Shown here: positions 14,062 to 31,908 of the stretch, piece by piece
Numbering within the stretch: position 1 is the stretch's first letter
How the letters are laid out: every line of letters starts with the position of its first letter
Assembly: GCF_009914755.1 (NCBI RefSeq)
Contig: NC_060938.1
DNA from: the human T2T-CHM13v2.0 reference genome, Homo sapiens
Length of the DNA stretch: 64,000 bases
Direction: 5' to 3' (one strand)
Made by a program: the position numbers and the translations under genes
The notes under the pieces: generated by a model
The model's input: the letters and a program-made list of their open reading frames with translations, nothing else
The model's database searches: none
What the model was told of the DNA's origin: nothing

Positions 14062-14275
14062 TAGCTAACATGTCATGAGAACTTGCTCTATGTCATGTAC
14101 TATGATAACCAAGTGTACATTTATGTGATTTATTACAGCAACCCTGAGAATATTATCTCCAGTTTATAGATGAATTAACTGAGGCTCAGAAAGATTAAGT
14201 AACTTTCCCTATGTCACACAGCTAGTACATAGGTTGCTGAAGTATAAATCTAGTGCGACTGGTTTGGAAGCCTAT
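14062..14275 (-). mobile_element. MIR SINE
   Basis: Antisense MIR core: TTTATAGATGAATTAACTGAGGCTCAGAAAGATTAAGTAACTTTCCCTATGTCACACAGCTAG. Confidence 0.8.
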
Positions 14276-16039
14276 AAAAATTATCCTCAACAATATTTCT
14301 CTATCTGTATTCATCATGTGAAAACAGAACACAGAAAATGATATGATGGACCATTTTCTCAATTTTTCCAAGAATGCTATATAATTAGAACTAGTCTAGG
14401 TGAATAGAAAAGAAGTTAATTCATTAGTTTCTATTTGGTAGTGATTAGTTTGTGCCAGACACTGGGAAAAGTGCTACATGTACATTAACTTATTTAATTA
14501 CCAAAGCCATCCTGAGGGAAACATGGTATCAGCTCAAGCTTCTAGACTGGGAAACTGTTGCTCTGAATGAAAAAGATGAATTGACCAAGTTCATACAGAA
14601 TTTATCCCTCCTCACCACCGGAATTCCTAGCCTAATCTCATTTATAATCACTCTCTTGACAATTGTTTACATAGAACTTTAAAAATGAAAAGTCAAAATT
14701 GGAAAATGCTTAAAATGGACATAAAATGGCTAAGGAAATTTTCAGCCTAAAAAGTAGAAATTCTACCTAAAATTTGCAGACTGTATTTCTACCTCTGAAT
14801 CTTATAGAATTATCAGAGCTCTAGAATAATAATGTAGCCAGCATTTCTTCTCACTCAAAAGTCATCATGAAAGGACATTTTGTGTGCATGTTTCTCATTA
14901 TGTATTTAAATTACCATACCAGTAAGAAGCCTACTCTTAGAGATGGAATTTTCACCTTTAACTGGATCATATCCTGTTATTATAAAATCCTCAAACTCAA
15001 TCCTGCAGTCAGTTTCAGGCAAAATGTCTTGTCTGTGTAAAAATTTTAAGTGCTTACAACTCCAAGTTTACGCGTGCAGGCCTCTAGTGTTATAATGTCT
15101 ATAATTCATGTCAAATGTCAGAATCATTGTAATGAGAAACAGTGAGATAGAGTGGCATCGTTACATGTCATCTGCAGAGTATCAAAAATATCTTCAATTC
15201 CAATGTAAAGGCTACATTTAGAGGGGCAATTCGTGACAGGTTAGAGTCAATACTTTAATCTGAAGAGGCCACTACTATTTGTCTGCTGTAATCACTGACT
15301 AACAAAATGGTTCCATTTTGCAGCTAAAATCAAAATAGGTTTACAGTCTTTGTGCAAGTTCTAAGCCTTTCTTTTCAAAGTTACTAAGTCTGATTATCAT
15401 GAGGTCAGCATGAAAGCTGAAGCAAGAGACATTTCATCCACTTGGTGACATTTTCTTTACACTTAAATAGAAATTATTGCTCTTCTTTTCTCCTTACTTT
15501 TTCTCCTTACCTTTATATTAAAATTTGTTAAGTTCAAATATTAGTACTTACTTCAACTGTTTTTGAGTTTTCTAATATAATAAAGTCTAATGGCTTATGT
15601 AATTAAGCAAATAACATTTAGCATTATTCTGTGTTTTCTCCAAAGAAACTACTTATTTTTTTTAAATTATTGAAGGGAAAGATAGTTTTACATTCAGATC
15701 TTTTACCACATAACATCTTTCACCATACAATTAAATATATGCATTTGTTAACAGGCAAACTACGTGATTGAGGCCAACCTTCTTGACTGTGGTAGTAAAA
15801 ATGTAAATAAATAAATCATTAAAAAACTAGTGAAAATTTGAAATAGCCCCTATGGAGAACTGAAAAGGGGTAAACTAGGAATGAAAAAAAGAATTTCCAA
15901 TTAGAAACAAGGTTGCAAAGGTTAGAACTCCTTTATTTGTAGCAAAGGCAAAAAGTATGAGTATGGAAATTTTCCCCAAAGCAATTTTAATGATACAATA
16001 ACATAATAAAAACAAGAGGGTAGATACTAGGGATATCGA

Positions 16040-17000
16040 TGAAGATGAATGAAAGGTACCTGGTGATTCTTAGAGTGAGACTCAGGGCAGACTAGGACAA
16101 CTCCCATGTTTCTGGCTTAGTGGCTTGGGATATTAGGTGGATAGTAATGCTCTGTCATAAGAGAAAACTCAGATTAAGATTAAAGTGTGGTAAGATGGAC
16201 AAAATAATTACTTCAATTCAGTCTAGAAGTCAAGGTAACTGAGAAACCTCCAAGTAAGAAATTTATATATACTTGAACATATGAGTTCAGAGTTCAGGAA
16301 AGTAATCTCCGTTACATCCTGAAGTTATTAGTGCCTCAGTATTTGGAGTTCTGTGCTGTCCTTACTTTGGAAGTAAATAGCAAGAAAATAATATGGCCAA
16401 TTAAGGACCTGAGTAACACCAACTTTTCAGGCTACATTATGGGATCACGTGAAGAAAATTCCATGAAGGAGACTGAGAAGGATTTCTATGAAAAGTAGAG
16501 GGGAAATTGGGAGTGACAGTGACTTAGTGTATCAATATCAAAAAAGAGTAAGGTCTAATACAGAAGAAATTGTCAAGTGTCAAGATCAATCTTGTCCTTT
16601 CCAGGCAGGCATGAAAACATATTCAGGAGAATGAACACAACGAATTTAGAAACTGGGATGTCACTGGTGACCTTGGAAGATCAGGTTCCTTGGTTACTGT
16701 AGGAAGTAGCCAGATTCTAGAGAACCTAAATGTGAGGTGGAAGAGTATAGACTATTTTTTTAAGAAGCTTAGCCGTGAAGTGGTGGAGACAAGTAGTAAC
16801 TAGAAAGTGTAAAAGAATTGAAGGAATATTATTTTGTATTGTAAGAGAATGATAATTATTTTATACTCCAAAAAAAAAGGCCATTGGAAAAGTACAAAGA
16901 ATGTATGGAAGAATTGATGTAGCAAGATCTTTAGGGAGTTGAGTGAGACGGAGATCCAGAGGAGACCTAGAACTTAGCCTCGGGGAGCAGAAGAAACCCC
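16040..17000 (-). mobile_element. L2 LINE fragment
   Basis: Degenerate antisense L2 motifs (TTTCTGGCTT, GAAGGAGACTGAGAAGGA, GTCACTGGTGACCTTGG, GAAGTAGCCAGATT). Confidence 0.6.
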
Positions 17001-17262
17001 CTTTCAGTGGAGATATATTTATTATGCAAGGGCACAAAATCAGGAAAGTTTTCTTGCATCTCAGATTTATCTCTGGTGTCCTCATTCCCCATTGCTATTT
17101 CAAGGCCATGTTATCTCCTTTCTCCAACAATGCTTACCCTTTTTAGATTTACAAATTTACTTTTACATTTCTGTTTTGTTGGCATGGGATTACATCTCCC
17201 GACTGTTCCCTGTCATTCGCTGATAACCTAGGCACTTGGATAACAGTTTTCCTTTCCTCTTG

Positions 17263-17689
17263 CAACCCAAATGTCCAACAATGATAGAATGGATTAAGAA
17301 AATGTGGTATATATACACCATGGAATACTATGCAGCCATAAAAATGATGAGTTCAAGTCCTTTGTAGGGACATGGATGAAACTGGAAACCATCATTCTCA
17401 GCAAACTATCCCAAGGACAAAAAACCAAACACCGCATGTTCTCACTCATAGGTGGGAATTGAACAATGAGAACACATGGACACAGGAAGGGGGACATCAC
17501 ACTCCGGGGACTGTTGTGGGGTGGGGGGAGGGGGGAGGGATAGCATTAGGAGATATACCTAATGTTAAATGACGAGTTAATGGGTGCAGCACACCAACAT
17601 GGCACATGTATACATGTGTAACAAACCTGCACATTGTGCACATGTACCCTAAAACTTAAAGTGTAATAATAATAAAATTTAAAAAAAAA
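17263..17689 (+). mobile_element. L1PA3/PA4-type 5'-truncated 3' end
   Basis: Near-consensus young L1 end with G-tract (GGGGTGGGGGGAGGGGGGAGGG), GTTAAATGACGAGTTAATGGGTGCAGCACACCAACATGG and poly-A; no TSD seen. Confidence 0.93.
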
Positions 17690-17699
17690 TTCTGAAAGC

Positions 17700-18850
17700 A
17701 TTTCAGTCTGTGTTGGTGATACTTCTAATTCTCTAACAATGTGTACAGTGATCTTTTAACCTCAAACAATTGTTATCCCTATGTCATGACCCTGGTCTGA
17801 ATGTCACCTGGAAAATCTGAAACTCTATAATGTAATTAATGATTAATTAATTTAATATGTTATTAGATCTATTATTAATTACGATTAGAATCTTCTACAA
17901 GTGTAACTCTCACTTCATCCAGTCATCCTATCCTCTCACTTGCATTAATTTCCATTTTTATTTAGCCATAAATTCACGGCAAAACACTTCAGCACATACC
18001 AGTTATTTGTCTATCATATTTTTCTCTGTAGTTGTTCCACTTATCCTTGGACCAAGAAAAATTCAAACATCTCCTTTCTGTTTCCTTGCTCTCATGCTGA
18101 TGAGCGCAGTCAAGCAGGGGTAGAGGGAGCACGAAAAATTGGATCCACTACAAATGTATTTATTCTAGTTCAACTGGATCCTTAGTGCTGATTAGGAATT
18201 ATTTTATACTGCTTAATGGACACCCATTTCAATCCTCACAATAATCCTCCCAAACCATTACCAACCTATTTATCATTTCTTAAGTATTGTCCTCATTATA
18301 ACTCCATTATAATGCCATATTCACTTCAGGCCTTTATACTTTTCCTGGACTACTGCAATTGTATCCTAACTAGGCTGTTGGCAAATAGTCCATTCTTGTG
18401 CCAATTCTTCATCTAATTGCTACCAAAATAATATTTAATACTGAGGCCCAATTATGACAGTTTTCCATATTTAAAATTCTAACTAGACTATAGGCTTTCA
18501 GGATAAAGTTCAAAAACTTCAGAGGTAAAAAATAAATATTTAAAAGTCTTTAACAAGCTGGTTTCAAACTAAATTTTTGAACCCACCATGAATCTGCCAA
18601 TCTTTCCTCTTTTTCTAAATTTTGCAAACTTTGATATGCAATATATTCTATCATCCATTTAAAATAACTTTTTTTTATTTTTGTGAGGTAAAATAGCATA
18701 CATTCTTTTCAACAATAAAAATGTCACAGCCTCTGTAAATTCTTCACTTTAGAACCCCTATGGCTCTATTTACATAACCCTTTTTTGGAAAATATCAGGT
18801 TATATTATGTTTTCTGAGGGAAGACATTCTGTGTTATTCATCTTCCATAC
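17700..18850 (+). mobile_element. L2 LINE fragments
   Basis: Degenerate sense L2 motifs (TTTCCTGGACTACTGCAATTGTATCCTAACTAGG, CAGGATAAAGTTCAAA). Confidence 0.5.
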
Positions 18851-19126
18851 TGGGATGCTTATAAAATAAATAAGTTTACAATTAGAACTGCACTGGCTTC
18901 AGAACACCCATTCTTCTAAGAAAGACTGATTTTCATGACTTGCCAAGCACTCTATCGAACAAGAAGGAACACTTAATCAACCCTGTTCTATCCCATGCCC
19001 AAAGTTCTAAAGGTTTGCTGGTCTCCAAGGACTCTCCAAGAAGTGAGGAAGCAGAAGAAGGAAACTTTATCTGTATAATCATATAGACAGATCTTAAGAT
19101 TATAACTGTAAAAAGGAAAGTTACAG

Positions 19127-19204
19127 GCAATAAATAAAAACTGATAAAATCTATGAATTAAAGAGACCAAATAACATTAGGTACCAGTCACCTCTGTATC
19201 TGTA

Positions 19205-19260
<56 letters not shown>

Positions 19261-19323
19261 ATTCAAACAAGTTAGCTATATATTCATCTTTGGAAAATAT
19301 GTATAATACAGATTATATGTGTT
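19127..19323. repeat. Local duplication copy 1, including a pure (TG)25
   Basis: Ungapped match to 20053-20249 at offset 926. Confidence 0.95.
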
Positions 19324-20052
19324 ATCTCACATATTTTCTCGTTGGAAAATTTGTAGAACACATTTTAGGTGTTCTATGGAAAGGATACATAAGATATCTC
19401 AATAGGAGAAATTATGTAAAGAGAGAGAATAGGATTAGGTGGGAGGATCTAGAAAGTCAAAAAGGATTCAATTTTATATTTAACATTTTATCAGGAAAAA
19501 ATAGAATAAACTAAATATAATATTATCTTGACTATTTTAAGTTGTACATAATATGCATTTCTGTATTTCTGAGTTTTTAATTTTTTTGAAACTATTATTT
19601 TTAAATGATAAAATATACAGTAAACCTATTGCTTTTCTCAGGTTTTGGTGAGTGAAAATGCTTATATTCTGGCTATGAAGAGGAAACACAAACATTTAAG
19701 ATAAAAATAAAATAAACTTTATTCAGTTTTAGCTTTGAGTTGTTGAGTAAACTGGGCCTTGAGAAAAGCCCATAGTTTCCTTAGAAATCAAGTACTTCAT
19801 CCTAGATACAGAGGAATAAAAGGAAATTGTTCTATAGAATAGTTATGGCACATTCTCAAGAGAATGGTGTTGACGGTTCTATAATTACACAGTATGAAGT
19901 AGTTCCCAAAAGACTATTAAATATACAGAGTCTGACAGAGAATCCATAATACCGTTTCCTGTCTACTCCCAAAAATGTTGATCTACAGGGCTATCTCATT
20001 GAAGTGTGTTCAGCTATGGAGTTTGTTAGCTCTTATTTTACAATAAGATTTT

Positions 20053-20249
20053 GCAATAAATACACACTGATAACATCTATAAATTAAAAAGACCAAATAA
20101 TATTAGGTACTGGTCACCTCTGTATCTGTACTTGTGTGTGTGTGTGTGTGTCTGTGTGTGTGTGTGTGTATGTGTGTGTGTGTATAATTCAAACAAGTTA
20201 ACTACATATTCATCTTTGGAAAATATGTATAATACAGATTTTATGTGTT
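20053..20249. repeat. Local duplication copy 2, including (TG)9TC(TG)8TA(TG)6
   Basis: Ungapped match to 19127-19323. Confidence 0.95.
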
Positions 20250-20499
20250 TTTTTTTCTAACAGGAATGACAAACACACAATAAAGAATTATGTTGTCTTT
20301 CTATTGGCCATCTCAAATTTCTCATTGGTTTTTAACATTTGACGTCTATCTGCATAGGTTGCTATCTATGTAATCAGGTAGAGAAAAGGTTTACAACATT
20401 AGCAAAGCTTACACTAATACTTTTTATAATTTTAATACACCAAATATATTTAAATGTTATATATTTTAAGCTTTATAGCCCATGATATATTCATATTTT

Positions 20500-23400
20500 A
20501 TTTGAACATTTCAGAAAATAGCAAAAAGTCATATATAAAGCCACTCTTTTTTTGGAAGAGTATAAAGTAAAAAATTAATACCTAGCTCTCCAATTCTTTT
20601 GAAGTGACGACAACTAACAGTTCTTGTAAACGAATGCACAATAGTGCGAGAAATCTATCTCAGGTAGAAGAATGGAAGCACAGAACATAAAAAGCAAATG
20701 CACAGAGGATAAATATGAAAAGACTGCTAACTGCTTAAAGTGACAGTGTGAACAATTCACTCTGGTGTTTACAACATATCTGGAAGTAAAATATATAACA
20801 ATAGTGAATAAAAGAGCAAGAGGAATTAAGTAAATTTAAAAACTGTTTCGAAGTTTTCACATTGTACTGGACTTGGTAAGAGGTCTAATTTAAGGTACAT
20901 GGTAAAATAAGTTACAGACGTCTTTTGTAATATCTGAAGTACCTAGTAAAAGAATGATAGTTATAGTCATAGCAAGTCAGATAATAGAAAAAGTACATTG
21001 AAATGACTTTGAAAAATATGTAATTAATACAAACAAAAACAAGAAAGAAAAAAGTGAGTAAATAAACGATGTCACAAATAAAACAGCAAGATCATACACT
21101 CCAACACTGTGTGTATATGTGTGTGTGTTTATATATAGGCAAGCAAAAATAAAGCTGGTTTGGCTATATTTACATCTAATATATTATTATATTTTAAATT
21201 ATTGTTAACATGTAATATTAACATAGCACAAAAGTAGACCTTAAGGTAAGAGTAATAGGGATAAAGAAGGACATTTCATAACGATAGCTAATTTAACAGA
21301 AATATGTAACATTAATGACATACCATTAAATATATACATATAATTGATAACATTAAAATATATTAAGCAAAAATTGACGAACTAAAATGAGATAACAAAT
21401 CTACAATGTAAATAGAAGACTTTAAAGTACTTATTTCAGTAACTTATAGAAAAAGAAGACAGTCATAGAATACTCAAGCAACATATTTAACCAATTTAAC
21501 CTAATCAACATTTACAGAACACTGCTCCCACAAATACAGAATACGTATATTTTTCAAGTGCATATAGAACATTTACCAAAATATTATGAACCATGAATTA
21601 TGTTTCAACACATTTCAAAGGCTGAAAACAAGACAGAATAGATTGTATGAATACAGTAGAATTAAATTAGAAGTCAATAAGGAAAAAAATAACTAGAACA
21701 TCTCCACATTCGTGAAAACAAATGAAAACACTTTAATCCTTGGGTAAAATTTTAAAATTTAATCACATGGGAAATTAGAAAATATTTTGAACTCAATGAT
21801 AATGAAAACATAGCAGATCGAAATTTTAAGGATGAAGCCAAAGCAATCAGAACAGTTAAGTCCTTACTTAACATCATTAATCTGTTCTTGGAAACTGCAA
21901 CTTTAAGCAAAACAAGATAAAATAAAACTAGTTTTACCATGGGCTAACTGATATAAACAAAAGTTAAGTTCCTGTGGCATATTTCCAGTCACAAAAGCAT
22001 CACCGAACTTCCAAATAAAGACCAAACACCCCTAACATTAAACACTGAAATAAATGAGCTACACATACACTTAAGAAAGATTAATAAATACAAGTATAAT
22101 GATTATTTACCAACTTATTCCAGTTCAGAGGTGCAGGAAGCTGGAGCTTATCCTGGCAGCTCAGTGCTCAATGCAGCAACCAACCCTGGACAGGAGCCCA
22201 TCCCAGCACAAGGCACACTCCCACACACCCACACTCACTCAGACTGGGACCACATAGACATGCCCATTCTTCTAACACACACGGCTTTGGGCAGAGGTAG
22301 CACTGGCTGGGAACTGATTTTTCGTCCCTCATCAATGTTATAAAGAAACATTATTTGAGGACTTGCTGTACAGGAAATTTTTATAGCTTTATATGGTTAT
22401 ATTAAAGAAAAAATAAAGATTTTAAATCAATGATTCAAGTTTCAACCTTAAGAAGGTAGAAGGTGATGAGCATTTTAATGTAAAAGAAAACAGATGGAAA
22501 GAAATAATACACATGAGCTGAGAAATTAATGAAATGGACAACAAACAATAGAGCAAATTTAAAAAGCAAAAGATCTTTGAGAAGATTAATAAAACTGATG
22601 CACCTCTAGCCATAGAGCTCAATTACCAACACCAGAAAAGAAAAGGTGCTGATCACTATCGGTGTTAGGGACATCGAAAGGAAAAATAACAAAATATTAT
22701 AAACAAGGTTATCACAAGAGATTAAAAATCTGGATAATATAGACAAATTTCTTGAAAAACACAATTTGCTAAACTAATGAAAGAGTAAATATAAACTTTG
22801 ACTATATAATATATATAATCTATATCTACATATATAGATAAATATATGCTTAAATTCATGTTTAAAAACCAATGTCATTCAAATTCTTTAAAATAAAAGG
22901 TGTAAATAGCTGCACTGGTGAGTTCTTCCTAATATTTTAAGGAAAAAAATAATATCTTCTACAAATTTTTCAGAGGTTAGAATCACAAATTATTTTATGA
23001 AGCCAAATAATCTCAGTACCAAAACCTGACAAAGAGAATAATAGAAAGACCAATTATGAGTGAGTATCTATCATGATCACAGAAGCCAAAATCCTAAACA
23101 AACATCAAATGGATATACAGATATATAAAAGATTAATACATCAAGACCACATGGAACTTATTCTAGAGATATATATTAATTTGTTTTTTGAAAAAATATC
23201 AATTAAATTCAAAACATTAACACAAAAAGAAAAATAAACCTATGAACTTCTCCACCAAAACAGAAAATCACCCATTCACAATACCAAAAAATCTCTCCAA
23301 AAATTAAGAAAAGTAGAAAACTACCTTTTTCTGAAAGAGGATGCTTAGAAAAATCTACAGCTGACATCATATTCTATCATGAAATACTGTATACTTTTAC

Positions 23401-25392
23401 TTCTAAAGTTTGTACTATTTGTTCAACAAATGTTGAATTTACTCAACATTAATGCACAAAAAGGAAACAAAAGGCATAAAATCAAAAACGAAGGAGTTTA
23501 ACTATCTTTATCGATGGTTTCATTTGGAATTTACAAAATCCAATTGAATCTACAAAATAAACGGTTAAAATTAATAAGTAAATTTAGGAAAGTCACTGTT
23601 TACAACATGAATCTATTTTTCACAGAAAATATATTTGTCTTTATATATATACTAAGGAAACACAATTAAAATAAATATTAAAATATTAAAATTTATAAGA
23701 TCATAAAAACATTGCTGAGAAAAAATTTTAATGAAAAAACAATAAAAATAATAGGGAAAGAGGGAAGGATGAAAGGAGGGAAGAAGGAAGGAAGAAAAGA
23801 AGGAAAGAAAGGAGTTAAAGTTCGTGCATTAGAAAACTCAACATTTGTCAATTTTTCATATGTCAATTCTCCCCAGACTTATCTTTGCAATGCGATACTG
23901 ACCAAAACTTGCTAATGCATTTTGAAATTTGACAGGTTGATTGTAAATTTACATTGAAATAGTACATATGTGAAATATCTAAGCAAATATTGAAAGAGAA
24001 GAAATATTTGAAGAATTTACATTACCAAATTTGAAGACTTAATATAAAGTTACAATAATGAAGACATAAAGTGAGCGTTAAAAGATAGCTAAATATGAAA
24101 TGGAACAGATTAACAGCCCAGGGACACATCCATGCATATACACTTTCTTGATTTTCAGTGCAAGTATCATTGCAATCTAATGGGGAAATATTTTTTTTCA
24201 ATAAATGGAGCAATTGAATATCCTTATGTAGGAAAAAATGAGTCTTGACCCCTACCTCACATCTTACAATAAAATTAATTTAAAGTGGATCCTTGACTTA
24301 AATGTGAAAGTGAAACATTTAAGCTTATACTAAAGAACAGCAACAAAAATAAACCACAGAGAATAACTTTACAAACGGGAGGCTGGCAAAGATTCCTTAA
24401 ATAAACAAAAAGCACTAAATTTTATAATGACTGTATTGGGCATCGTTAAAGTTGACTTATTTTTGTCAGAACACATCATGAAGAAAGCAAATAAGCATGC
24501 AGCACTGGTCGCACACATTTTCAATGTATATAGTTAAGAAAGCATTCATTTCCAGGACATATAAATACTTCCTATATCTCAGTAACAAAGAGACAGACAA
24601 TCCAATTGGAAAATGAAAAAAAAAAAAGAATAGAAACCAGTATTTCACAAAAGGGGATTTCCAAATACCCAGTATTCATATTAGAAAAAAAAAACTTATT
24701 ACCTTATGGGAGTGAAAATTAAAATAACAATAACATATCAACATATAAACCAGAAAAGTTCAAATGAAAAAGACAAATTCTAACATAAGCAAAGATGTGA
24801 AGAAACTGGATATTCATACATTACCAGTGTTGATGCAAACAGTATAACCATTTTGAAAATATAGCTTGGCATTTTCATACAGAGTAATACATACACTTAC
24901 TACATAATGGTAATTCAAGTCTAGGTATTTTCACAAGATAACATAAAACAAATGTCTACAAATCACACATATAAGAATATTCAGAATTACTTTATTCATA
25001 ATAGCCACAAACTGGAAACAATCCAAAAGTCTACAACAGGAGACTAAGTAACCAAATTATGGTATATTTAATCAATGGACTACAAAAATAACAGTAATAA
25101 AAGAGCACACTTCTGATATTTATAAAACCTAGCTGTATCAAAAATATTATGCTGAGTCAAACACAAAAGAGTGTTGGAATTTGATTCCACCTTATAGGAA
25201 GCTCAAAAGGAGACAAATCTAACCCATGGTACTAAAAGTCCCACTAGCAGTAAGTAATCTCTTGGGCATGAGAGATATTCTATATCTTTATCTCAGTGCT
25301 GGTTACAAGGGTATAATACGTACCTACATAAAACTCCATTGAGCTGCACACTGAATATTGTGTCCTTTACTACATTTAAATAATATCTTTTT
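20500..25392 (+). mobile_element. Ancient L1 (L1MC/MD/ME-type): inter-ORF region, ORF2 and 3' UTR, highly decayed
   Basis: Collinear decayed ORF2 motifs (ACCAAAACCTGACAAAG, CTTGACCCCTACCTCACA, GCCACAAACTGGAAACAATCCAAA) and old 3' UTR (CATTGAGCTGCACACTGAATATTGTG). Confidence 0.75.
21853..22368 (-). mobile_element. MER6A-type TcMar-Tigger non-autonomous DNA transposon
   Basis: Imperfect TIRs CAGTTAAGTCCTTACTTAAC / TTATTTGAGGACTTGCTG, TA at the right end, MER6 internal motifs. Confidence 0.85.
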
Positions 25393-26747
25393 AAAACAAT
25401 TCCTTGCTGGCAAAATGGCGGAATAGGAACAGCTCCAACCCGCAGCTCCCAGCGAGAACGACACAGAAGGAGGGTAATTTCTGCATTTCCAACTGAGGTA
25501 CCCGATTCACCTCACTGGGAATGGCTGGACAGTAGGTGCAGCCCAAGGAGGGCAAGCCGAAGCAAGGTGGGGCATCACCTCACTCAGGAAGCCCAGGGGG
25601 TCGGGGAACTCCCTCTCCAAGCCAAGGGAAGCCAGTAGGGACTGTACCATGCACTCGGGCCCAGATACTGAGCTTTTCCAAAGGTCTTTGAAACCCACAG
25701 ACCAGGAGATTTGCTCCAGTGCCCACTGGGTTTCCACACCACCAGGGCCCTGGGTTTCCAGCACAAAACTGGGCAGCTGTTTGGGCAGACACCGAGCTAG
25801 CCCCAGGAGTTTTTTTTCATACCCCAGTGGCACCCGGAATGCCAGCAAGACAGAACCATTCACTCCTCTGGAAAGGAGGCTGAAGCCAGAGAGCCAAGTT
25901 GTCTGGCCTGGCAGGTTCCACCCCCACGGAGCCCAGCAAGCTAAGATCCACTGGCTTGAAATTCTCCCTGCTAGCACAGCAGTCTGAGCTGGACCTGGGA
26001 CTCTCTAGAGCTTGGTGGGGGGAGGAATGTCCTCCATTGCTGAGGCTTGAGTAGGCAGTTTTACCCTCACAGTGTAAACAAAGCTACCAGGAAGTTCAAA
26101 CTGGGCTGAGATCACCACAGCTCACCAGGGCCACTGCAGCCACACTGTCTATACAGATTCCCTCCTCTCTGGGCAGGGCATTTCTGAAAAAAAGGCAGCA
26201 GCCTCAGTCAGGGACTTGTAGATAAAACCCCCACCTCCCTGGGACAGAGCACCTCGGGGAAAGGGGCGGTTGGGGGCACAGCTTCAGCAGACTTAAACGT
26301 CCCTGCCTGGCAGCTCTGAAGAGAACAGCAGATCTCCCAGCACAGCATTCAAACTCTGATAAGGGACAGACTGCCTCCTCAAATGGGTCCCTGAACCTCG
26401 TGTATCCTGACTGGGAGACACCTCTCAGTAGGGGCCGACGGACACCTCATACAGGAGAGCTCTGGCTGGCATCTGGCATGTGCCCCTCCAGGACAACGCT
26501 TCCAGAGGAAGGAACAGGCAGCAATCTTTGCTGTTCTGCAGCCTCTGCTGGTGATACCCAGGAAAACAGGGTCTGGAGTGGACCTCCCACAAACTCCAGG
26601 AGACCTGCAGCAGAGGGGCCTGACTGTTAGGAGGAAAACTAACAAACAAAAAGGAATAGTATCAACATCAACAAAGAGGACATCCACGTAGAGACTCCAG
26701 CCAAAGGTCACTGACTTCAAAGACCAAAGATAGATAAATCCATGAAG

Positions 26748-27767
26748 ATGGGGAGAAACCAGTGCAAAACGGCTGACAATTCCAAACACCAGAACGCCCC
26801 TTCTCTTCCAAAGGATCACAACTTCTTGCCAACAAGGGAACAAAACCGAACAGAGAATGAGTTTGACGAATTGACATATTGAAAGAGTTTTAAGAAGGTG
26901 GGTAATAACAAACTCCTCCAAGCTAAAGGAGCATGTTCTAACCCAATGCAAGGAAGATAAGAACCTTGATAAAAGGTTAGACGAATTGCTAACTACAATA
27001 ACCAGCTTACAGAAGAACACAAATGACCTGATAGAGCTGAAAAACACAGCACAAGAACTTCGGGAAGCATAAACAAGTATCAATATGCTTTCACTTGATC
27101 AATTTGGCTATCAGAGATTGAAGATCAACTCAATGAAATGAAGGGAGAAGACAAGATTAGAGAAAAAAGAGTGAAAAGAAACAAAGCCTCCAAGAAATAT
27201 GGGACTATGAGAAAAGACCAAATCTACATTTGATTGGTGTACCTGAAAGTGACGGGGAGAATGGAACCAAACCGGAAAACACTCTTCAAGATATTATCCA
27301 GAAGAACTTCCCCAACCTAGCAAGGCAGGCCAACATTCAAATTCAGGTAATACAGAGAAAAATACAAAGATACTCTGAAGAAGAGCAACCCCAAGACACA
27401 TAATCATCAGATTCACCAAAGTTGAAATGAAGAAAAAATATTAAGGGCAGCCAGAAAGAAAGGTTGGGTTACCCACAAAGGGAAGCCCATCGGACTAACA
27501 GCAGATGACTCTGCAGAAACCCTACAAGCCAGAAGAGAGTGGGAACCAATATTCAACATTCTTAAAGAAAATAATTTTCAACCCAGAATTTCATATCCAG
27601 CCAAAATAAGCTTTACAAGCAAAAGAGAAATAAAATCCTTTACGAACAAGGAAATGCTGAGAGATTTTGTCACCACAAGCCCTGCCTTACAAGAGCTCCT
27701 GAAGGAAGCACTAAACATGGAAAGAATCAACTGGTACCAGCTACTGTAAAAACATACCAAATCGTAA
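26748..27767 (+). pseudogene. L1 ORF1p remnant (frameshifts, stops, micro-inversion)
   Basis: Starts ATGGGGAGAAACCAG; ORF1 motifs present (GAAATATGGGACTATG, CAACCCAGAATTTCATATCCAGC); no continuous ORF. Confidence 0.85.
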
Positions 27768-27830
27768 AGACCATCGACACTATAAAGATGCTGCATCAAC
27801 TAAAGGGTAAAATAACCAGCTAGTATCATA

Positions 27831-31908
<4,078 letters not shown>

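Noticed and set aside
25507-27083. Antisense ORFs of 156 and 234 aa, and short sense ORFs
   Set aside because: They lie in the L1 5' UTR/ORF1, where such open frames are common; no evidence of an independent gene
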